Below are positions 55,934 through 64,000 of a stretch of DNA of 64,000 nucleotides, one piece after another. The stretch lies in contig CAWCFX010000001.1 in assembly GCA_963795085.1 (NCBI GenBank), positions 320,001-384,000 of the forward strand, read 5' to 3'. The position numbers and the translations under genes are program-made. Numbering within the stretch: the first letter of the stretch is position 1; each line of letters starts with the position of its first letter. The notes beneath the pieces are model-generated. The model was not told where the DNA came from. It did no database searches and saw nothing but the letters and a program-made list of their open reading frames with translations. This DNA is from an uncultured Gemmatimonadales bacterium (lineage in GTDB: Bacteria > Gemmatimonadota > Gemmatimonadetes > Gemmatimonadales > GWC2-71-9).

Positions 55934-57304
55934 ATGTCTGACACCCTGATGATCAGCGTTTCCGGGATGCGCGGCATCGTCGGAAAGGATCTCACTCCCG
56001 AGCTGGTCGCGCGGCACGCGGCGGCGCTGGGCGCTTGGGCCCGGGGCCGGGGCCAGCCCCGGGTGGTCATCGGGCGGGATGCCCGGACCAGCGGGCCCAT
56101 GTTCGCGCGGGCGGCGACCGCCGGCTTCATGTCGGTCGGCTGCGAGGTCGTGGATGTGGGCATGGTGCCGACGCCGACGGTCCAGCTGGCCGTTGAATAC
56201 CACCACGCAGGCGCCGGCCTGATCCTGACCGCCAGCCATAATCCGATCGAATGGAACGCGCTCAAGCTGATCGGCCCCGACGGCATCTTCCTCGATGGCG
56301 AAGCCGGTGCGGCGGTGCGGGCCCTGGCCGACCGGGGGCCGGAACGCGTGGACTGGAGCGGCATCGGGGCGGTGCGCGAAGACCGGGATGCCATTGCGCG
56401 ACACCTCCAGTTGGTGGTGGACCTTCCGCTCATTGACCTCCCAGCCATCCGCAAACGCCGGTTTCACGTGGCGCTGGATTGTGTGCGGGGGGCCGGCGGT
56501 ACCACCATGCCCGACCTATTGGACCGGCTGGGTTGCCAGGTCAGCGCCATAAACCTGGAGACCGATGGCCGGTTCCCCCGGCCGCCCGAGCCGCTGCCGG
56601 AGAACCTCGCCGACCTTTCCGCGCTGGTCCGCGCCACCGGCGCCGACATCGGCTTTGCCGTGGATCCGGACGTGGACCGGCTGGCCGTGGTGGACGAGAC
56701 CGGCCATCCGGTCGGTGAGGACTACACCCTGGCCTTCGCCGTTCGCGCCGTATTGGGGGGACAGGTGGGGAATGGACGCCACGACATGCCGGCCGTCGTG
56801 GCGAACCTGTCCACCAGCCTGGTCGTCGAGAATGCGGCGACCGAATTGGGCGCCCGGTTCCATCGGGCCCCCGTCGGAGAGGCCAACGTGGCCCGCACCA
56901 TCCAGGAAACGGCGGCCCTGATCGGGGGGGAAGGGAATGGCGGGGTGATTCTTCCTTCCCTGCACATTGGTCGGGATGCCCCCGTGGGGGTGGCGTTAAT
57001 ATTGCATCTGCTGGCGCGGACGGAACGCACTGTCTCGGAGATCGTCGCGCTGGCTCCCAGGTATACGATCGTGAAGGGTAAGGGGCCACGAGGCAAGGAC
57101 TTAAAGCCTGTGTACCGGGCATTACGCGAGCGATTCCCGGAGGCCAGCGCCGATGACCGAGACGGGCTTCGGCTGGCCTGGCCAGACCGGTGGGTGCACC
57201 TCCGGCCCTCCGGCACCGAACCGATCATCCGGTTCATCGCCGAGGCTCCGACCAGGGACGATGCCGACCGGCTCATTGAGGTCTGCCAGCAACTCTTAGC
57301 CTAG
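55934..57304 (+). CDS. glmM: Phosphoglucosamine mutase / phosphohexomutase
   Basis: TASHNP, DPDVDR, GEGNGG, RPSGTEP; immediately upstream of glmS. Confidence 0.85.
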   Translation: MSDTLMISVSGMRGIVGKDLTPELVARHAAALGAWARGRGQPRVVIGRDARTSGPMFARAATAGFMSVGCEVVDVGMVPTPTVQLAVEYHHAGAGLILTASHNPIEWNALKLIGPDGIFLDGEAGAAVRALADRGPERVDWSGIGAVREDRDAIARHLQLVVDLPLIDLPAIRKRRFHVALDCVRGAGGTTMPDLLDRLGCQVSAINLETDGRFPRPPEPLPENLADLSALVRATGADIGFAVDPDVDRLAVVDETGHPVGEDYTLAFAVRAVLGGQVGNGRHDMPAVVANLSTSLVVENAATELGARFHRAPVGEANVARTIQETAALIGGEGNGGVILPSLHIGRDAPVGVALILHLLARTERTVSEIVALAPRYTIVKGKGPRGKDLKPVYRALRERFPEASADDRDGLRLAWPDRWVHLRPSGTEPIIRFIAEAPTRDDADRLIEVCQQLLA

Positions 57305-57315
57305 GAACGCCTTCG

Positions 57316-59139
57316 ATGTGTGGGATTGTCGGATACGTGGGACCCCGCCAGGCTGCCAGTCTGCTGATTGACGGTCTCCGCCGGATGGAATATCGCGGTT
57401 ACGATTCCGCGGGACTCGCCGTGGTCAACGGCGGTCTCACGATCGTCAAGGCGGCGGGCAAGCTCTCGATGCTGGAACAGCAGCTGGACGGGCAGAGCCC
57501 GGAAGGCACGCTCGGCATCGGCCATACCCGATGGGCCACCCACGGCGCGCCCAATACCATCAACGCGCACCCCCATACCGACCAGTCCGGCAAGATCGCC
57601 ATCATTCACAACGGCATCATCGAAAACTCCCGGGCGATCCGCACCGCGCTGGAGCAGCGGGGCCACGGTTTCACTTCCCAGACCGACACCGAGGTGCTGG
57701 CGCACCTGATCGGCGAGCTCTACAACGGCAGCCTGGAAGAGGCGGTTGCCGCCGCGCTCCGCGAAGTGGACGGGGCCTACGGCATCGCGGTGATCAGTTC
57801 CGACGAACCGGACGTCATCGTCGCGGCCCGGAATGGTTCGCCGCTCCTGGTCGGGGTCGGCGAGGACGAGTATTTCGTGGCCTCCGACGCTTCAGCGGTT
57901 CTCGAGCACACCCGGTCGGTGGTCTACCTGGACGACGGTGAAATGGTGGTGCTCACCCGGGACGGCTACCACGTGCGGGATCTGGAGGCCACCCGGATAG
58001 AGAAGCCGATCAACCAGATCGAGTGGGACCTGGCCACCATCGAGCGGGGCGGCTACCCCCACTTCATGTTGAAGGAGATCTGCGAGCAGGCCGAGAGCGT
58101 GGAGAACACCCTGCGTGGGCATCTCCTGGAAGATGAAGGCACCGCCCGGGTGAGCGGCCTCAATCTCTCCGACGACGACATCAAGAACATCGACCGGATC
58201 ATCATCACTGCCTGCGGCACCTCCTGGCATTCCGGCCTGATCGGCGAATATATGATGGAGGAACTGGCGCGCATCCCGGTGGAAGTGGAATACGCGTCCG
58301 AGTTCCGCTACCGGAACCCGGTGGTGGACGACCGCACCCTGGTGATCGGCATTTCCCAGTCGGGCGAGACCGCCGACACCCTGGCCGCGATCCGCGAAGC
58401 CAAGCGCCGGGGCGCCCGGACCATCGGGGTGGTCAACGTGGTGGGCTCGACCATCGCCCGCGAAGTGGACGGCGGCATCTACCTGCATGCCGGCCCCGAA
58501 GTCGGTGTCGCCAGCACCAAGGCCTTCACCAGCCAGGTGGCGGCGCTGGCCCTGATCACGCTTCGGTTCGCCCGGCTGCGGCACCTGAGCATTCTCCAGG
58601 GCCGGCAGTTCATCGAAAGCCTGAAGGCGCTTCCCGGTCTCATCAAGGAAACGCTGGAACGCAGCTCCGAAGTCGAGGCGCTCGCCAAGAAGTACTGGAA
58701 GGCCAACAACGTGCTGTACCTGGGCCGGGGGGTGAACTTCCCGGTGGCCCTCGAAGGGGCGCTCAAGCTCAAGGAAATCTCGTATATCCACGCCGAGGGA
58801 TACCCGGCGGCCGAAATGAAGCACGGGCCGATCGCGCTGATTGACGAGAACATGCCGGTCGTGTTCATCGCGCCCAAGGACGCGGTGCACAGCAAGATCG
58901 TGTCGAACGTGGAAGAGGTCAGAGCGCGGGGCGGGCAGGTGATCGCGCTGGTCAACGACGGGGACGGGGAGATCGGCAGGCTGGCGGAGGATACCTTCAC
59001 GCTGCCGGTGACCACGGACCTGCTGACGCCGATCCTCACCAGTATCCCGCTGCAGCTGTTTTCCTACTACGTCGCGGTGCTCCGGGGTTGCAACGTGGAC
59101 CAGCCTCGTAACCTGGCCAAGTCGGTCACCGTCGAGTAA
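57316..59139 (+). CDS. glmS: Glutamine-fructose-6-phosphate transaminase
   Basis: MCGIVG, GHTRWATHG, SQSGETADT, EGALKLKE, PRNLAKSVTVE. Confidence 0.98.
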   Translation: MCGIVGYVGPRQAASLLIDGLRRMEYRGYDSAGLAVVNGGLTIVKAAGKLSMLEQQLDGQSPEGTLGIGHTRWATHGAPNTINAHPHTDQSGKIAIIHNGIIENSRAIRTALEQRGHGFTSQTDTEVLAHLIGELYNGSLEEAVAAALREVDGAYGIAVISSDEPDVIVAARNGSPLLVGVGEDEYFVASDASAVLEHTRSVVYLDDGEMVVLTRDGYHVRDLEATRIEKPINQIEWDLATIERGGYPHFMLKEICEQAESVENTLRGHLLEDEGTARVSGLNLSDDDIKNIDRIIITACGTSWHSGLIGEYMMEELARIPVEVEYASEFRYRNPVVDDRTLVIGISQSGETADTLAAIREAKRRGARTIGVVNVVGSTIAREVDGGIYLHAGPEVGVASTKAFTSQVAALALITLRFARLRHLSILQGRQFIESLKALPGLIKETLERSSEVEALAKKYWKANNVLYLGRGVNFPVALEGALKLKEISYIHAEGYPAAEMKHGPIALIDENMPVVFIAPKDAVHSKIVSNVEEVRARGGQVIALVNDGDGEIGRLAEDTFTLPVTTDLLTPILTSIPLQLFSYYVAVLRGCNVDQPRNLAKSVTVE

Positions 59140-59156
59140 CCCTCGTCCCGGAAACC

Positions 59157-59190
59157 AACGCCCCCGGCCCGCCCGGGGGCGTTTATTTTT
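59157..59190 (+). terminator. Intrinsic terminator
   Basis: AACGCCCCCGG-loop-CCGGGGGCGTT then TATTTTT. Confidence 0.85.
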
Positions 59191-59200
59191 GCCGCCCCGG

Positions 59201-60229
59201 CTAGAACCCGGCTTTGCTCCAGAGCGCGGGATAGCCGGCGTCGAGCAGGGCCCCGATCGAAAGAAGGGAGATCTCGGTGTCGTTGTTTCCCAGCCCCGAC
59301 ATCACATCGGCAAAGGCGAGCGGCCCCCAGTGCGACCCTCCGTCCAGCGCCACCTGATTTAACTCTACCCCGCCCAACCGCCGCATCGCTTCGATCGCCA
59401 TGGCTCCGGTATAGAGATTCCTGTGGAAATCATACCAGGGAGGCTGCTCTCCCTGGACCACTCCCACGAGGCCGAGGACATGCCCCATTTCGTGCAGGGC
59501 CAGGTAGGAGAGCCGCAAGCCGGGAATGCTGTCTACGGGCTTGGCGCGGTTGAGAGAAATCATGCCGAGTACCGTGGTTGGACGGGGCAGGGGACGTTGC
59601 AGGCAGGGGCCGCCGGTGGCTTCGACGTAGGTCCCGGGTGGGTACAGGCTCGACTGGCCCACGTAGATCACCACGCCCCGCTCCTCTCCAGACAGGGGCG
59701 GGGAAGGCGGCTCGCCGGGCGGGGTAGGGCAGTCCCCGCCCGGAGTGTCCAGCACCTGGGGTGCCAGCTCGCCGGCCATGACCGACTGCCAGCGCTCTGC
59801 GGCGATACCCAGCACCACCCGCCAGAGTATCGGCACGTCGGGAGCAAAGATCAGCCGGATCCGGAAGGCGCCGGTGGGCTCGCTCACTTCGACCAGCACG
59901 CTGTCGGCCGGGGTGCCGGCGCCAGTGTCGGCTATGATCCAGGTTTGCCCCGCAGACAGGGTCCGGACGATGCCACCCCTGCTGACGGTCGCGACCCCCG
60001 CTACCGAACTCCGCAGGCGATAGGCGCCATCGGCGATACCCAGCGGTCGTCCCCCGGTATCCACCGCGCTGACCATCAGCTGAAATGAATCCCGGGTCAG
60101 CAGCTTGACCGGAAAGTCGGGAAGGATGTCGAGCGATGCAATAGCCGGAACGTGGGGCTCGATCGGGCCCCGGCCGGCCTCGGCACAACCGAGCAGCAAC
60201 ATACAGCAGATTATCGTGGAGGTTCGCAC
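59201..60229 (-). CDS. Lipoprotein with Ig-like domain and leishmanolysin-like (M8) zinc protease domain
   Basis: Lipobox LLLGC; SS..GVATVS..G.V Ig-like segment; GGPC, HEMGHVLG, GSHW, DVMS. Confidence 0.75.
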   Translation of the reverse strand: MRTSTIICCMLLLGCAEAGRGPIEPHVPAIASLDILPDFPVKLLTRDSFQLMVSAVDTGGRPLGIADGAYRLRSSVAGVATVSRGGIVRTLSAGQTWIIADTGAGTPADSVLVEVSEPTGAFRIRLIFAPDVPILWRVVLGIAAERWQSVMAGELAPQVLDTPGGDCPTPPGEPPSPPLSGEERGVVIYVGQSSLYPPGTYVEATGGPCLQRPLPRPTTVLGMISLNRAKPVDSIPGLRLSYLALHEMGHVLGLVGVVQGEQPPWYDFHRNLYTGAMAIEAMRRLGGVELNQVALDGGSHWGPLAFADVMSGLGNNDTEISLLSIGALLDAGYPALWSKAGF

Positions 60230-60308
60230 GGTCAGCGCCCGATATGGGGGATGCCTTGATGGACGCGGAGCCTCTGTCCGGCTGCACACCCTGGCCGGGA
60301 AAAGGGTT

Positions 60309-61211
60309 CTATCCGGCCGCCGGAACGTCCGAGCCTTCGACCCGACCCGCCTGCCAGGCGGAGCCAATCTCACGGGAGACAACCCGCCATGCATCCGGCC
60401 CGGCGGCCACCAGCAACCGGCGCAGCGGTTCGTCCATCGGCTCTCGGCTCAGCCGGAACGTGGAATGGTGCACCGGCATGACGAACCGGGCGCCCATCTG
60501 CCGGCCCATGCGCCATGCTTCCTCGGGGTTGGCATGGTTGGCAATCCACGGGTCATAGGCGCCGATGGGGAGGATCGCCAGGTCCAGCCCTGCCGCGGCA
60601 TAGGACTGGAACCGGTCGGTGTAGGCGGTGTCTCCGGCGTAGAGCACCCGGTGTCCCGCCTTTTCGAGCAGGAAACCGCCGTACCCGCGCTCCCGGTCTC
60701 GCAAGGTCCGGGCGCCCCAGTGGCGCGCCGGGGTGCCCTCAATCACCAGCCCGTCGTGGGACAGCCGGTCTCCCCACTCCAGCTCGTCCACCTGGTCGAA
60801 GCGCCGAAGCAGGTCGCCCACCCGGCGGTGGGTGATGACCCGGGTATGCCGGGGAATCCGGGCCAGGGTCAACAGGTCCAGGTGATCCATGTGAGCATGC
60901 GACACCAGTACCATGTCGAGGGGGGGCAGTTCTCGCACCCGGAGGGCTGGCCGGGTCAGCCGACGCGGCCCTACGGTGATTCCTCCCACCGAGACCCCGA
61001 TGCGGTCGGCCAGCGCCGGGTCGGTCACCAGCCAGGTGCCGAAGAAGTTCATGAGCACCGTCGCGTGCCCCAGCCAGGCTGCGGTCAGCCGGTCGTCCGG
61101 CCAGCCCGTGGGGTCGGGGCGATGAACCGGCATATCCAGCGTCCCCGGGAGGCGGCGTTCCTCCAGCAGGTGGCGGACGTAGCGCCGGGCGAATCCGAAA
61201 TATGACATCAT
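60309..61211 (-). CDS. MBL-fold metallo-hydrolase (NAPE-PLD/RomA-like)
   Basis: WLGHAT, TDP, SHAHMDHLD, PARHW, YAGDT, LPIGAY, PVH. Confidence 0.9.
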   Translation of the reverse strand: MMSYFGFARRYVRHLLEERRLPGTLDMPVHRPDPTGWPDDRLTAAWLGHATVLMNFFGTWLVTDPALADRIGVSVGGITVGPRRLTRPALRVRELPPLDMVLVSHAHMDHLDLLTLARIPRHTRVITHRRVGDLLRRFDQVDELEWGDRLSHDGLVIEGTPARHWGARTLRDRERGYGGFLLEKAGHRVLYAGDTAYTDRFQSYAAAGLDLAILPIGAYDPWIANHANPEEAWRMGRQMGARFVMPVHHSTFRLSREPMDEPLRRLLVAAGPDAWRVVSREIGSAWQAGRVEGSDVPAAG

Positions 61212-61441
61212 CTCCGGGAAAGTAGCGGGTAACGGGGGCACGGCGCCTGCGGGTCCGGATGGGGGGTGTTCCCAGGAGCCCGGTGGCGGGTGACCCGGAT
61301 TCGGGTGACTCCCACGGGAGCGCCGGCATTGAGCTTGACTGTCCCCTTCTCGACCGCTTCCCACCTGGCGAGTCACTAAGTTCGCATTCGCGTCCCCCTG
61401 CTTCCCGGCTAGATTGTGCTACCCTCTTGCCGGGAGCACCA

Positions 61442-61885
61442 GTGCGGGTCCTGCTGCAGCGCGTATCGGAAGCTTCGGTCTCCGTCGACGGCAGGATTGC
61501 CGGCTCCATTGGCCGCGGGTACTGCCTGCTCGTCGGTTTTACTCACGGGGATTCAGCCGCGCAGGTTGACTGGATGGCCGAGAAGGTGACCGGACTCCGC
61601 CTCTTCCAGGACCCCGACGGGAAAATGAACCTGGGCCTTGCCGATGTCGGCGGGGCCCTGCTCGTGGTTTCCCAGTTTACCCTCTATGGCGACGCGACCC
61701 GGGGCCGCCGCCCATCCTTCACCGGGGCCGCGCGCCCCGATGTTGCGATTCCATTGTATGACCGGTTTCTCGGCGCCCTTCGCAGTTACGGCTTCACCGT
61801 GGCCACCGGCCAGTTCGGCGCAATGATGGACGTGAAGATTCACAACGACGGCCCGGTCACCCTGATGCTCGAGCGCGAGGGATGA
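61442..61885 (+). CDS. dtd: D-aminoacyl-tRNA deacylase
   Basis: LQRVSEASV, LRLF.D..GKMN, VSQFTL, RRPSF, FGAMM, NDGPVT. Confidence 0.96.
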   Translation: MRVLLQRVSEASVSVDGRIAGSIGRGYCLLVGFTHGDSAAQVDWMAEKVTGLRLFQDPDGKMNLGLADVGGALLVVSQFTLYGDATRGRRPSFTGAARPDVAIPLYDRFLGALRSYGFTVATGQFGAMMDVKIHNDGPVTLMLEREG

Positions 61886-62475
61886 GCGAACTGCTGGTCC
61901 TGGCTTCCACGTCACCCCGGCGGCGCCAGCTGCTCGAGATGCTGGGCATCGACCTGCGGGTCACCCCATCCAACGTCCCCGAGCGGCGGGAGCCGGGCGA
62001 AGCCCCGGCGGATTATTCCGTGCGGCTGGCGCGGGCCAAGGCCGGCGGCGTACCGGGCGACCTGGTGCTGGGAGCCGATACGATCGTGGTGCTGGGAGAT
62101 GACGTGCTGGAAAAGCCGGCTGATGAGGCCGATGCCCTGCGGATTCTGCGCCGGCTGCAGGGCCGCACCCACCAGGTGGTGACCTCGGTCGCGCTTCGGG
62201 CCGGCGCCACGACCGCGGTCGCGACCGACGTGACCAGCGTGACCTTCCGGCCGGCCGGCGACGAGATCCTGCTCCGCTACATCGCCACCGGCGAACCGAT
62301 GGACAAGGCCGGGGCGTATGGCATCCAGGGCTTCGGGGCCCCGCTCATTGAACGGGTGGAGGGAGACTTCTTCGGCGTGATGGGCCTGCCGATCCGGCTG
62401 GTGCTGGATCTGCTTCGGGACGCCGGATATACGTACACATTTACCGCCGGCCTGGCGCGTTCCCCGGGGGGCTGA
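61882..62475 (+). CDS. maf: Maf family nucleoside triphosphate pyrophosphatase
   Basis: LASTSPRR, GADT, KP, DKAGAYGIQ, VMGLP. Confidence 0.93.
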   Translation: MSELLVLASTSPRRRQLLEMLGIDLRVTPSNVPERREPGEAPADYSVRLARAKAGGVPGDLVLGADTIVVLGDDVLEKPADEADALRILRRLQGRTHQVVTSVALRAGATTAVATDVTSVTFRPAGDEILLRYIATGEPMDKAGAYGIQGFGAPLIERVEGDFFGVMGLPIRLVLDLLRDAGYTYTFTAGLARSPGG

Positions 62476-62481
62476 AGCCGG

Positions 62482-63408
62482 CTACAATCCGCGCTGGGGG
62501 ACGGACAGACTGGCCTGGATGATCTCCCACCGGTTCTCCACCAGCCGGTAGACGAACAGCGCCCGGATCGGGGCGATGGCGCTTTCCGGTCCCGCGAAGA
62601 TGGGAACGTGCAGGTTGCTGGCCACCCAGCCGATGGTACCCCTTGAACTGAGTCCCCCCCGAAGGCCGTCGCCCGGCTCGGTGGCATTGCCGGGCGGTCC
62701 CAGCCACTGGGCCAGTTCCGCGGCCGCGGCCCGGCCACCCACGACCCCCCCGGGCGAGGCCACCACGGCCCCCGGCGCGAACGTGGCCGTCCGGATGTCG
62801 CGGATGTCGCCGCGGAACTGGCGGGCAATTTCGCCCGCGGCCGGCGGCACGTCGCCGCCCAGCCTGGCCGCTCCCGGAATCCTGCGGCTCAGCAGGGCCA
62901 GGAACAGCGAATCGTAGGCGATGGGCCGGGAATACTGGACCGCGACCGCCCGCCAATCGGCGGAGTCCCGGGCCAGCAGATAGGCCGCACGGAGGTGAAC
63001 CGGGTAGGTCTTTCCCTGGTAGGTGACGGCGTAATCCAGCCCGTACGTGGCCCCCGCCGTCCGTCCATCGGCCTGGACCCAGACACGGCCGGAGTCGGGC
63101 TTGATGGCCACCCGCAGGTCGCCCCCGGCCGGCGCGAAGTCCCGCTGCATCTTCGCGAGGACGGAATCCCGGTGCAGGACCACCGCCATGTCCGCCGCCG
63201 TAAACACGACGTCTTCGGCAAGGACACGAGCCCACGAGGCCAGGTGGCCCTGCTCGAAGGCGGCAAAGTGGGCCCGCATGGTACTGTCCACCTGGGACCG
63301 GATCGCGGCGGTATCCGCGGCCGCGGCGGTCGTCCGCGCGGAAGCGCCACAGGCCGCGGCGGCGCCGGCGACCAGGGCCGTGAAGACTGCGGTGCGGGCC
63401 GCCCTCAT
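62482..63408 (-). CDS. Lipoprotein with NTF2/SnoaL-like domain(s)
   Basis: Lipobox AAAC; LAEDVVF...WRAVAVQYS and a second unit ending WEIIQASLS. Confidence 0.7.
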   Translation of the reverse strand: MRAARTAVFTALVAGAAAACGASARTTAAAADTAAIRSQVDSTMRAHFAAFEQGHLASWARVLAEDVVFTAADMAVVLHRDSVLAKMQRDFAPAGGDLRVAIKPDSGRVWVQADGRTAGATYGLDYAVTYQGKTYPVHLRAAYLLARDSADWRAVAVQYSRPIAYDSLFLALLSRRIPGAARLGGDVPPAAGEIARQFRGDIRDIRTATFAPGAVVASPGGVVGGRAAAAELAQWLGPPGNATEPGDGLRGGLSSRGTIGWVASNLHVPIFAGPESAIAPIRALFVYRLVENRWEIIQASLSVPQRGL

Positions 63409-63531
63409 GGGTGCATTGACTCCGGTGATCAGGTATGGGGGAAAGACCACCAAGATAACACCCGTCCCAACAGTCCCGGATCGGCGGGCGTAACTGGGAC
63501 GACACAAACACGTCCCTTACCGGAGTGAGTC

Positions 63532-63900
63532 ATGAAGATTCGTACACTAGTTGCCCCGCTGCTGCTGGCAATGCTGGTTGTTCCCGCCGTACCCGCGGTG
63601 GCTCAAGGCCCGGAAGGCGCCGGCCCGGATCGCCGGGCCGAGATGCTGTTCAAGGGCATCACGCTGACCGAGGGCCAGCAGGCCAGGATTGATTCATTAC
63701 AGGCCCGCCACCGCGCCCAGGCGGGGCCGATGGAGCGCGGATCCATGCCCGAGGAAGGAGCCCGGGCCGCCCGGCGGGAACAGATGCGGAAACATTACGC
63801 CGAGATCCGCGCCTTGTTGACCTCCGAGCAGCAGCCCCTGTTTGACCGGAACGTCGAGGCGATGATGGCCGCCCGTCCCCGGCGGCCCCCGTCGCAGTAA
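63532..63900 (+). CDS. Spy/CpxP-like periplasmic protein
   Basis: Signal peptide; two LTxxQ motifs (LTEGQQ, LTSEQQ); GGAG RBS. Confidence 0.78.
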   Translation: MKIRTLVAPLLLAMLVVPAVPAVAQGPEGAGPDRRAEMLFKGITLTEGQQARIDSLQARHRAQAGPMERGSMPEEGARAARREQMRKHYAEIRALLTSEQQPLFDRNVEAMMAARPRRPPSQ

Positions 63901-63903
63901 CCG

Positions 63904-64000
63904 CTAACCCACCGGCCACCGGGCGAGCATCTGCTGTAACTCGTCCCGGTGGTGGGTCTCGTCCATGATGATATCATCGAACTGGATGGCCAGCCCGAAC
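63904..64000 (-). CDS. C-terminus of a ferritin-like domain protein (partial, window edge)
   Basis: Minus strand reads FGLAIQFDDIIMDETHHRDELQQMLARWPVG*, with a DExxH final-helix motif. Confidence 0.6.
   Translation of the reverse strand, partial: FGLAIQFDDIIMDETHHRDELQQMLARWPVG

Overview
A high-GC bacterial chromosome segment, densely coding, with no rRNA, tRNA, CRISPR array, integrase or transposase that I can recognise. The gene content (GWxTD protein, menaquinone-pathway ubiE/ubiD/ubiA/ubiX cluster, ECF sigma/anti-sigma/bactofilin-like operon, many lipoproteins) suggests Gemmatimonadota; this is inference. Housekeeping blocks: acyl-CoA dehydrogenase-etfB-etfA-nadC and ETF-QO; a molybdenum-cofactor operon behind gpmI; guaB with two amino-acid permeases; nrnA-nfu-mrp-DUF62; purD-mutM-UvrC-like; glmM-glmS; dtd-maf. 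A clear yybP-ykoY (Mn) riboswitch controls htpX-terC. Most interesting unexplained signals: (1) a promoter-bounded, highly structured ~245-nt candidate small RNA at ~12996-13244 behind an AT-rich regulatory island; (2) a YtrA-type GntR/ABC module with two paralogous Cys-motif ectodomain proteins and a lipoprotein ending in a type IV pilin-like domain; (3) a 49-aa basic Pro-rich microprotein inside the menaquinone operon; (4) a PTPS/QueD homologue lacking the catalytic Cys inside the Moco operon; (5) an ETF-QO lacking one Fe-S Cys ligand; (6) three GGG-tract tandem-repeat arrays directly after stop codons; (7) two apparent frameshifts (etfB and a secreted DUF1579-like gene) that may be assembly errors. 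All family calls come from motif recognition by eye; no searches were run.
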